32,000 nt of DNA, taken from Candidatus Scalindua sp. (lineage in GTDB: Bacteria; Planctomycetota; Brocadiia; Brocadiales; Scalinduaceae). Location of the stretch: positions 840,001-872,000 of the forward strand of contig JALDRA010000001.1 of NCBI GenBank assembly GCA_031316235.1, in the 5' to 3' direction. Under the pieces are notes generated by a model that was given only the letters and a program-made list of their open reading frames with translations, was not told the DNA's origin and ran no database searches. Position 1 is the stretch's first letter. Every line of letters begins with the position of its first letter. Of the stretch, positions 1 through 7,215 are shown in pieces. The translations under genes and the position numbers were made by a program.

Positions 1-1281
1 AATCATTATAGAAAATGGTTGCAGTACTATCTTGATTTTTGCCAAAAGTATCATTTCCAAAGTATTCAACCTGAAAGCCTCCAGAATTTTTTGAGAAAGT
101 TGGGGAAAAAACGCCAGACACGAGAACAGCAAAAGCAGGCTTCTCATGCAATTTCTCTTTACTACTCTATTGCTCACACCGTAGCGGATCCTGTTGAGAA
201 ATTACGGTCAGGTAGGATTCAGAATGAGCATATTTCTCCAGGGAATAAGGATTTATCTGATGAAGGCATGGAATGGCAAGCCGCGCTTGGTAATCTTTCA
301 TCAGAAATTAAGATACGGCACTATTCACCGAAAACACTAAAGGCGTATACCCTGTGGGTCAGGCAATTTCAGGCCTTTACACGGAAAAAGGAGCCACAGC
401 TATTGTCTTCAGCCGAGGTAAAAGAGTTTTTAACTTTTCTGGCCATAAAGCGAAAGGTCTCTGCCTCAACACAAAACCAGGCTTTTAACGCCCTCCTCTT
501 CTTTTACCGACATGTCATCAAAAAGGATTTTGAAAATTTAAAGGATACTCCCAGGGCCAAGAGGACACGTTATATACCTGTTGTCCTGTCTCGACCAGAA
601 ATAGACGAAATATTTATGCATCTATTATATCCATATGATTTAGTCTCTAAGCTTCTCTATGGGTGCGGACTGAGATTGTTTGAATGCTTGAACCTCCGCG
701 TTCAAAATTTTAATTTTGACACATCTATTCTCACGATTCATGATGGAAAAGGGAAAAAAGATAGGACGGTACCTCTACCGGAGACAATCGTGCCTGATTT
801 AAAGGCACATCTTGAACGGGTAAAGAACCTCCATCAAATAGATCTGGACGCAAATTATTCCGGAGTTTTCCTGTTTGACTTGTTGGATAAGAAATATAGA
901 AATTGTGCAAAGGAGCTGGTCTGGCAGTGGTTTTTCCCCGCAAAAACATTGACTTTAGTTCCGGAAACAGGAGAATTTAGACGGTATCATCTACATGAAT
1001 CGCATGTGCAGAAGGCCATTAAACGGGCGGTTGGAAAGTCAAAGATAGCTAAGCGCGCCTCAGCACATACGTTCCGCCATAGCTTCGCCTCTCATCTGTT
1101 GCAAGCCAATTATGACATACGTACTATTCAGGAACTGCTGGGGCATAGCAATGTCAGGACCACGATGATTTATACCCATACGATAAAGAGGCAGACAGTA
1201 AAAGAGGCAAAGAGTCCTCTCGACTTTTCGCATCTGAAACGACCCACAGAATATAAGCAGAGGGTAACAACATCCCCCTGA
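1..1281 (+). CDS. intI: Integron-type tyrosine recombinase (IntI-like); 5' end probably lies beyond the window edge
   Basis: ORF 19..1281 (TTG) stays open in the same frame back to nt 1 (NHYRKWLQYY...). Catalytic residues are present: R in GLRLFECLNL, HxxR in HTFRHSFASHLL, H and Y in LGHSNVRTTMIYTH. It carries the extra segment that separates IntI from XerC/D: LLDKKYRNCAKELVWQWFFPA...RRYHLHESHVQKAIKRAV, compared from memory with IntI1 [20 protein letters not shown]...RRHHMYDQTFQRAFKRAV. The KSPLD tail is also IntI-like. Confidence 0.85.
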   Translation, partial: NHYRKWLQYYLDFCQKYHFQSIQPESLQNFLRKLGKKRQTREQQKQASHAISLYYSIAHTVADPVEKLRSGRIQNEHISPGNKDLSDEGMEWQAALGNLSSEIKIRHYSPKTLKAYTLWVRQFQAFTRKKEPQLLSSAEVKEFLTFLAIKRKVSASTQNQAFNALLFFYRHVIKKDFENLKDTPRAKRTRYIPVVLSRPEIDEIFMHLLYPYDLVSKLLYGCGLRLFECLNLRVQNFNFDTSILTIHDGKGKKDRTVPLPETIVPDLKAHLERVKNLHQIDLDANYSGVFLFDLLDKKYRNCAKELVWQWFFPAKTLTLVPETGEFRRYHLHESHVQKAIKRAVGKSKIAKRASAHTFRHSFASHLLQANYDIRTIQELLGHSNVRTTMIYTHTIKRQTVKEAKSPLDFSHLKRPTEYKQRVTTSP

Positions 1282-1283
1282 AT

Positions 1284-1310
1284 CCCCCTTCAAAGGGGGA
1301 CTTTGATTTT
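1284..1310 (+). terminator. Possible intrinsic terminator after intI
   Basis: CCCCC(TTCAAA)GGGGG hairpin starts 3 nt after the TGA stop and is followed by ACTTTGATTTT. The stem is short and the T-tract imperfect. Confidence 0.35.
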
Positions 1311-1328
1311 AGTGGGGTTAAGATTACT

Positions 1329-1450
1329 TAGTGGTTGAACGAGAACTGCCCAGATATACCCATTACAAAATGATTTTTGGAATTTCAGGGCCGGAGTTTA
1401 CTTGAAATTTTGATTTTTCGATTGAACAAAACCGGAGGCTTAGTAATACT
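1329..1450 (+). repeat. 122-bp direct repeat, copy A (equals the left arm of the 2423..2734 palindrome); starts TAGTG-GTTGAAC
   Basis: Hand alignment with 2423..2544 gives 115/122 identical with no gaps. Preceded by a second TTAGTGG at 1309..1315. Confidence 0.9.
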
Positions 1451-1507
1451 TAGAACCCAGGAAAAAATAATTTATCATTCCCGCATCTCATTCCTCTTGC
1501 TAAATTT

Positions 1508-1735
1508 TTACACCAATTCAAGAAACCTATCGACTGAAAGCCGAGCCTGTTTCAATATATGCGACAAGGTGGATCTTTTGATGGGACTGTGGGCAGGAAT
1601 TGTCAGTTTAAGAACTTCGTCTTGTAAATGCTTCTGAAGTCTAATATGGCTTCCCTTCTGACGGACAACTACCCATCCATCCCGTTGCAAAGCCTTTCTT
1701 ACCCTTTCGTATCCTAAACTCGGCACCTTTGTCAT
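1508..1735 (-). CDS. hicA: HicA-family mRNA interferase toxin
   Basis: 75 aa. DGWVVVRQKGSHIRLQK motif with the conserved GSH histidine, then ...IKRSTLSHILKQARLS, typical of HicA/YcfA. Overlaps hicB by 4 nt (ATGA). Confidence 0.85.
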   Translation of the reverse strand: MTKVPSLGYERVRKALQRDGWVVVRQKGSHIRLQKHLQDEVLKLTIPAHSPIKRSTLSHILKQARLSVDRFLELV

Positions 1736-1935
1736 ACGGCGATTTCCACAATTTCATGGTCCGGGGATAAGGTAAGATCGTCTTCTACCGGGTCTAAATA
1801 CAGTTCAATGGCTTCTTTGATATTGGCCATGACCTCTTCTTTGGTGTCTCCCTCACTGATACAACCAGGGAGGCTTGGCACATAAACTGTATACCCCCCC
1901 TCATCACTGGGTTCGATAACAATTTTTAATTTCAT
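1732..1935 (-). CDS. hicB: HicB-like antitoxin (UPF0150 fold only, 67 aa)
   Basis: MKLKIVIEPSDEGGYTVYVPSLPGCISEGDTKEEVMANIKEAIELYL matches the HicB N-terminal domain pattern. I prefer the ATG at 1935 (GGAGGG 7 nt upstream) to the TTG at 1950 used in the ORF track. Confidence 0.8.
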   Translation of the reverse strand: MKLKIVIEPSDEGGYTVYVPSLPGCISEGDTKEEVMANIKEAIELYLDPVEDDLTLSPDHEIVEIAV

Positions 1936-1983
1936 AGCTTTTCCCTCCAAATTGAAGAAATATAACGTTAAATGAACTGCGAC

Positions 1984-2001
1984 TATAATATCACAATTAT
2001 A
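1984..2001 (-). promoter_or_regulatory. Possible hicBA promoter/operator palindrome
   Basis: TATAAT-atcaca-ATTATA inverted repeat about 50 nt upstream of the hicB ATG. It reads TATAAT on both strands. No convincing -35. Confidence 0.25.
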
Positions 2002-2188
2002 CAGACGCAGCCTATCGTAAATACCATAGCCATGTTTATATTACTTTAAAGCACTTTTCAAGTGAAATTTCTCATAAATTTGCGAAAACGCTTGTTTTTA
2101 CCTATCATTAAAAATAGCTCTTTATAATTTTAAGTGGGTAAGTAGTGTATAATCCTAGAAAACATACATATTTTAGGAGGAAGTAGAT

Positions 2189-2242
2189 ATGATGAGTTTT
2201 GTGAACGAGTTAGTGCTTCGACAAAATTATTGTACTTTATAA
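2189..2242 (+). CDS. 17-codon micro-ORF (MMSFVNELVLRQNYCTL), speculative
   Basis: Perfect AGGAGG at 2175..2180, 8 nt before the ATG at 2189. TATAAT at 2148..2153. GCTGTTT-GGG-AAACAGC hairpin downstream at 2341..2357. No homology evidence is possible. Confidence 0.2.
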   Translation: MMSFVNELVLRQNYCTL

Positions 2243-2422
2243 TGTGTGATAAATACATAATGCAGAGAACTGATACAATCCTATCAATGCTCGTTTTTCC
2301 CCAAACGAACACACTGATATTCATATCAGGCATAATAAAGGCTGTTTGGGAAACAGCCCCTACATTTTATGATCAAGAATCGCTTAATTTGGGTTAAATT
2401 AAATAGGCCTTGATTGGAAACA

Positions 2423-2734
2423 TAGTGGCTGAACGAGAACTGTCCAGATATACCCATTACAAAATGATTTTTGGAATTTCTGGGCCGGAGTTTGATTGAA
2501 ATTTAGATTTTTCGATTGAACAAAACCAGAGGCTTAGTAATACTAAGTCGAGGATTTTGTGATTGAGAAAAATGTAAAGTTCGGGTGAAATCGGGCTCAG
2601 AAAACCAAAAATCAATTTGTGATGGGTATTTAAGGCGCGTAATCGTTTCGGAACCGGAGCGTACTGAAGTACGTGAGGATTACGGAATTATTGCAGCAAC
2701 GCAGTAGGTGGGTAGTTATCGTTCAACCACACTA
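2423..2734. repeat. 312-bp imperfect palindrome (long hairpin); left arm equals direct repeat copy B (2423..2544)
   Basis: Outer arms TAGTGGCTGAACGAGAACTG / TAGTTATCGTTCAACCACACTA. Inner arms 2451..2539 and 2541..2628 are centred on CTTAGTA-A-TACTAAG. The right arm carries an 84-nt insertion (2629..2712) with its own stems. The last 3 nt are the fabI stop codon. Confidence 0.9.
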
Positions 2735-3499
2735 GATGCCAACAATATGGTACCCCGAATCAACATGAACAATTTCCCCTGTTACATTTTTTGCCCAATC
2801 ACTACAGAGGTAAACAGCGGTATTTCCGACATCGGTCGGATCTATATTACGCCGTAAAGGAGCCATCTCCTTAGTAAGTTCATACATAACCATAAAGTCT
2901 TTCAAGCCTCGTGCTGCGAGAGTCCTCATGGGGCCTGCCGAAATAGCGTTCACACGGATACTCTTTGGTCCTAAATCTGCCGCCAGATATCGAACGCTTG
3001 ATTCAAGTGCCGCTTTTGCAACTCCCATTACATTATAATTTTTGACAGCCCTTTCCCCTCCAATATAGGTTAGAGCCGTTACCGCCCCGCCATTCACCTC
3101 CAGGAGAGGAAGCGCCTCTCTGCATAAGGCAATCAAGGAGTAGCAGCTTATGTCCAACGCGAGTTTGAACCCCTCCCGTGAAGTATTAACAAAATTACCG
3201 GTAAGGTCTTCCTGTCTGGCAAAGGCGGGTGTATGGATAAGCCCGTCAAGGGCATCAACTTTATTGCCCAGCCGATCAAAAAGTTTTTTTATGTCGTCAT
3301 CTGATGTAACATCGCACTCCCCAAGGTCTATTGAATCCAGGGAGTTAAATAAACTTTTCACTTCATTACCAAATCGTTCGTTCTGATACGTATACGCTAT
3401 TCTTGCACCCTGTTTCGATAGAGACTGCGCTATCCCCCAACCGGTACTGCGTTTACCTGAGATATTAGCAATGAGAACAGTTTTACCTTGAAGAATCAT
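2732..3499 (-). CDS. fabI: Enoyl-[acyl-carrier-protein] reductase (NADH), FabI
   Basis: 255 aa SDR. The N-terminal GKTVLIANISGKRSTGWGIAQSL...AYTYQ and SAGPMRTLAA motifs are typical of FabI. Confidence 0.9.
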   Translation of the reverse strand: MILQGKTVLIANISGKRSTGWGIAQSLSKQGARIAYTYQNERFGNEVKSLFNSLDSIDLGECDVTSDDDIKKLFDRLGNKVDALDGLIHTPAFARQEDLTGNFVNTSREGFKLALDISCYSLIALCREALPLLEVNGGAVTALTYIGGERAVKNYNVMGVAKAALESSVRYLAADLGPKSIRVNAISAGPMRTLAARGLKDFMVMYELTKEMAPLRRNIDPTDVGNTAVYLCSDWAKNVTGEIVHVDSGYHIVGI

Positions 3500-3551
3500 A
3501 TTTCGAACTCCTTAACGCTTGAAAATTAATCTCTTCTGCAATTTTTCTATT

Positions 3552-3663
3552 TATACTCATCTCATAATAGTTTTCGGATAAAATCCGAGATAAAATTGAG
3601 CGAGTAAACCTTCACCAAGATTTAGTTTCCGGTAAAACCGAAAACCAAATCGGTTTTAGTATA
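3552..3663 (+). repeat. MITE-like two-hairpin intergenic element, full copy 1 (112 bp)
   Basis: TA-TACTCATCTCA...TTGAGCGAGTA (module 1, apex TCGGAT-AAA-ATCCGA) followed by GATTTAGTTT...AAACCAAATC...TTTTAGTA-TA (module 2). About 92% identical to the reverse complement of 26851..26962. Confidence 0.85.
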
Positions 3664-3779
3664 TTATTAATTACATCGCGGCATCCATCACAAGCACACG
3701 TATTTATCATATATCAACTGGATTCTGACATTTTTGTCTGGGAGTTTCTCATTTATATTCTCCCTTGTCAAGCATATTA

Positions 3780-4763
3780 TTACCCCACGACAGGCAGCAA
3801 CTCATTTGACAGTTCAATCAGTTTCTCAACATCCAACTCTTCACCCCTCCTGCCCGGATCTATACCAACTCTCTCTAAAACACCAATTACCCTATCCCGA
3901 GCATCCTCGTGCAGTTTCCTCTTAGAAGCCGGATCTGTTTCTCCTGAAAGTTTTGTATCATCAGCCCTCTGGTATAAGGACAAAAGGCTGTTCAATATTG
4001 TCTTACGCCTTGAAACATAGATGGCATTCACAACCTCATTAAACCTGCGGGGGTCCTCAATAGCAGCAGAGAATCTGTCTGTCGTAACCTCCATCTTGAC
4101 AATCGCAGAATCAATGCGTGGTGCAGGCCAGAACACATCAGGTGGTAATTTCTTTAAAACCCTGACATTTGCATATAATTGGGTAATGAGAGATAACCGG
4201 CCAAAATCTTTTGTAGCAGGCCTGGCAACCAGCCTGTTGGTTATATCTTTCTGGAGTGTCAGAATCATTGAATTGATAGGTAATTCACCCTGCAAGAGAT
4301 CAATAATTACCGGCGTGCTGATATAATAAGGCAGATTAGATACCACCTTAATACCCTCTCCAGCCAAATTACTACCATGTAATTGTATATAGCTACGGAT
4401 TTTTTCAACTACTTCCGGATGAATATGGTGCTTTGATTTCAAGATATCGCTGTTGATCAGTGTCACATTCGTAACCTCCTGTAAGGTTTCAGACAAGATC
4501 TCAAAGACCTTACGATCTATCTCAACAGCAAATACCTGCTGCACCTTCTCAGCAAGCATCCTTGTCAAGGAACCGGTACCGGCCCCTATCTCAAGCACAA
4601 TGTCATCACTACGTAATTCTGAAGACTTGACAATAAACTGTAATATATTCTGGTCTATTAAAAAATTCTGCCCCCATCGTCTCTTGAGACGAATGCCTCG
4701 TTCGCTAAAAATGATCTTTAGCATGGATTTTGTATGTGGCACATTGAGGGGAAACATAGACAC
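3780..4763 (-). CDS. rsmA: 16S rRNA (adenine1518/1519-N6)-dimethyltransferase RsmA/KsgA; start uncertain, long C-terminal tail
   Basis: GQNFLIDQNI, SAM-binding VLEIGAGTGSLT and SNLPYYISTP motifs. Confidence 0.9.
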   Translation of the reverse strand: MSMFPLNVPHTKSMLKIIFSERGIRLKRRWGQNFLIDQNILQFIVKSSELRSDDIVLEIGAGTGSLTRMLAEKVQQVFAVEIDRKVFEILSETLQEVTNVTLINSDILKSKHHIHPEVVEKIRSYIQLHGSNLAGEGIKVVSNLPYYISTPVIIDLLQGELPINSMILTLQKDITNRLVARPATKDFGRLSLITQLYANVRVLKKLPPDVFWPAPRIDSAIVKMEVTTDRFSAAIEDPRRFNEVVNAIYVSRRKTILNSLLSLYQRADDTKLSGETDPASKRKLHEDARDRVIGVLERVGIDPGRRGEELDVEKLIELSNELLPVVG

Positions 4764-4891
4764 GAGACACTCACCTTACTCTTTCTTAAGTTTCGGAATT
4801 GAACTTCAGATATGCGGGCTCATCCTTTTACGGTTATTATCTGTTATTCACAGACGCAGCAAAATACCGCGGTCCTTTTTCCCGTTACAGT

Positions 4892-5335
4892 TTATTTTAA
4901 CTTTTCCCCAAGGGCCTTACCATAATCCTGACACGTCCGCATGCCTTCACTCGATCCAACATTCTGTTCCTCAAGAAGAAAAGAACCTAATTGTGTCATG
5001 TCCATTTTGAAAACATGCTCCATGGTATCAAAGATGTACTTGGGTGCATCACCGCTATGGGTGTATGCACCAAACGCTCCACCCACTTTCCCTTTCAACT
5101 CCGCCTTTTCTGCTAAAAAGAGAAATGTCTTCATATTTGACGTCATATCTCTATGGTACGTCGGGCAGCCAAAGGCGTAACCATCATATCCATCTAAATC
5201 TTTTTCACTCTTTATATCTGAGAGTTTTTTTACCTCGGCACCATTCCCGCTAAAACGGACACCTTCGGCAATATATTCTGCCATTTTTTCGGTATTACCC
5301 GTTCTGCTGTAGTAAGCAATTAATATATTTTTCAT
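4892..5335 (-). CDS. Flavodoxin-like FMN protein
   Basis: 147 aa. N-terminal ILIAYYSRTGNTEKMA phosphate-binding loop and GCPTY motif. Confidence 0.75.
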   Translation of the reverse strand: MKNILIAYYSRTGNTEKMAEYIAEGVRFSGNGAEVKKLSDIKSEKDLDGYDGYAFGCPTYHRDMTSNMKTFLFLAEKAELKGKVGGAFGAYTHSGDAPKYIFDTMEHVFKMDMTQLGSFLLEEQNVGSSEGMRTCQDYGKALGEKLK

Positions 5336-5363
5336 AACCCATCCTCCTTTTTCATTTTCATTA

Positions 5364-6398
5364 TCAATTAAAAACCACTGTTTTCTTCGCCATCATAGTT
5401 GCCGTTTTAATCGCTTCAATCATTGAACCGGGATTTGCAATTCCCTTACCGGCTATATCATAGGCAGTGCCATGAGTTGGAGAAGTTCTAATAAAGGGTA
5501 TACCCAATGTGATATTTACTCCTGAATCAAAGGCGCACAATTTGATCGGGATCGCCCCCTGATCATGATAGTGCACCACAACAACGTCAACGTCTCCATT
5601 AATGGCCCTGTTAAATACCATGTCAGCAGAAAATGGTCCACTGCAATCGATCCCAAGCTCCTGCGCCTGTTTAATGGCAGGAACAATGAATTCACTCTCC
5701 TCGGAACCAAAACGTCCACCATCACCACAATGCGGATTAAGCCCGCAAACCGCTATCCTCGGTCTTTCAAGGTGAAAAAACCGCTTCAGTCCCGTTTCGG
5801 TTATCTTCACTGTTGAAAGTACGTTTTCCTGATTGACAGCATCCGGAATATCTCTCACTGCAAGATGGGTGGTAACAAAGGCAACCCTCAGTTTTCCGCC
5901 AGTCATCATCATGACAACCTTTTCTGTCGATGTCATCTTCTGAAGTAATTCTGTATGGCCAGTAAATGTAAACCCGGGCATATTTATGGCTTCTTTATTT
6001 ACGGGAGCTGTTACCATGGCATCTATCCGCTTATCCATAGCGAGATGTATGCCCTCCTGTATATATTCTACAGAGGCATTCCCACAGCCAGGCAAGGGTT
6101 TCCCCGAAGCGGGAACCCAATCAGGAATATTATCCAGATCCAACACATTGATACCTTCCGCTCTCTCCCTCACCATATCAGAAAAGCCACCGCCAGGCTG
6201 AAGAGAATGTATTTTCACCATTAAACCCAGATTCTCCGCGACACTGCTCATGACCCTTTCGCTCCCTATTACGACAAAATCAACCTCATCACCTACTTCC
6301 TGAGAGGTAAGCGCCTTCAGGATCACCTCAGGGCCGATACCGCAGGGATCACCCATGGTTATGCCGATTCTATTTCTTTTTTTACTGCCACGATTCAT
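5364..6398 (-). CDS. pdxA: 4-hydroxythreonine-4-phosphate dehydrogenase PdxA
   Basis: 344 aa. ITMGDPCGIGPE, TGHTE and HGTAYDIAGKGIANP motifs of the PdxA family. Confidence 0.9.
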   Translation of the reverse strand: MNRGSKKRNRIGITMGDPCGIGPEVILKALTSQEVGDEVDFVVIGSERVMSSVAENLGLMVKIHSLQPGGGFSDMVRERAEGINVLDLDNIPDWVPASGKPLPGCGNASVEYIQEGIHLAMDKRIDAMVTAPVNKEAINMPGFTFTGHTELLQKMTSTEKVVMMMTGGKLRVAFVTTHLAVRDIPDAVNQENVLSTVKITETGLKRFFHLERPRIAVCGLNPHCGDGGRFGSEESEFIVPAIKQAQELGIDCSGPFSADMVFNRAINGDVDVVVVHYHDQGAIPIKLCAFDSGVNITLGIPFIRTSPTHGTAYDIAGKGIANPGSMIEAIKTATMMAKKTVVFN

Positions 6399-6408
6399 TT
6401 AACTTTAT

Positions 6409-7053
6409 CTACAAAAACCCTTTCTCCACCAATATCTCTTCCGTTATCCCAGGCCGGCTCTTCTTCGGTGTTGCTAATATCTTCTTTACCCACTTCCCCA
6501 GCATATCTGTTTCAATGTTAACCCTCTGCCCGACCTTTTTGAAACCCAGTGTTGTCGCATCAATCGTATAGGGCACAATTACAACCGAAAATAACGTATC
6601 TTCAAGATCTACTATTGTCAAACTGATACCATCTACCGCCACAGACCCCTTCTTAATCATCATATTGACCAGCTCTTCATCTACCGAAACCACGAGGGTA
6701 CACTGCCCTTTTGCCGTCTCCTTCTTACTGATTACGCCGACCCCATCAACATGGCCAGAGACAAAATGCCCCCCAAGTCTGCCACCTATTTTCAACGACC
6801 TTTCAACGTTTACCTGATCAGATACCCTTAATTCACCAATGGTTGTTTTCTGCAACGTCTCACCCGACACGTCAAAACTCACCTCCTGGTTCCTGATCCG
6901 TGTTGCCGTCAAGCACGCTCCATTCAGAGAGACACTGTCTCCCAGGCCAACATCGTTTGACAACCTTCCGATATCAACAATAACTGTTGCTGAATTTGCA
7001 TGCCGTTTTATCTGCCTGACTTTCCCTAGCTGCTCAATGATACCCGTAAACAT
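6409..7053 (-). CDS. ribE: Riboflavin synthase (alpha chain)
   Basis: MFTGIIE start, duplicated lumazine-binding halves (SLNGACLT / AVDGISLT), 214 aa. Confidence 0.9.
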   Translation of the reverse strand: MFTGIIEQLGKVRQIKRHANSATVIVDIGRLSNDVGLGDSVSLNGACLTATRIRNQEVSFDVSGETLQKTTIGELRVSDQVNVERSLKIGGRLGGHFVSGHVDGVGVISKKETAKGQCTLVVSVDEELVNMMIKKGSVAVDGISLTIVDLEDTLFSVVIVPYTIDATTLGFKKVGQRVNIETDMLGKWVKKILATPKKSRPGITEEILVEKGFL

Positions 7054-7215
7054 AATTTAATGGTAATGGTTTGTAATGGCGAAAATTTCTGATTTAATAT
7101 TTGGGATTTACGATAAAACCGCTCAATTTAGCTTTAATCAACAATCGTACTTTTTTGGCAAAACCTGACACTGTAAGTTTGGAACAGAGATAGGCCCAAA
7201 TATTTTGTTAACGTC

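Noticed and set aside
1-10. The window start AATCATTATA matches part of the mini MITE copy (23061..23070).
   Set aside because: It is a 10-nt AT-rich match inside the intI reading frame, which is most likely coincidence.
2130-2333. 67-aa minus-strand ORF in the cassette-like segment.
   Set aside because: No RBS, an odd composition (MPDMNISVFVWGKTSIDRIV...) and overlap with a plus-strand micro-ORF that has far better translation signals. It is probably non-coding.
2341-2429. Searched for a canonical attC (RYYYAAC ... GTTRRRY inverted repeats, 60-140 bp) at the 3' end of the putative hicBA cassette.
   Set aside because: Only a small GCTGTTT/AAACAGC hairpin and a TTAAATTAA palindrome are present. 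There is no R''/L''/L'/R' arrangement, so I made no attC call.
4453-5010. 185-aa plus-strand ORF spanning the rsmA 5' end and the flavodoxin 3' end. Similar long antisense ORFs occur at 1377..1637, 10106..10459, 13632..14066, 14976..15305, 16235..16591, 21996..22400, 25472..25861, 27424..27795 and 28345..28812.
   Set aside because: All lie antisense to genes with strong family signatures. They have low-complexity or Ser/Leu/Pro-rich translations and no RBS, so they are shadow ORFs.
7054-7215. Possible FMN riboswitch upstream of ribE, and the TAATGG x3 motif at 7058..7079.
   Set aside because: None of the conserved RFN-element core sequences are visible on the minus strand. Three short AT-rich repeats next to a start codon are too weak to call.
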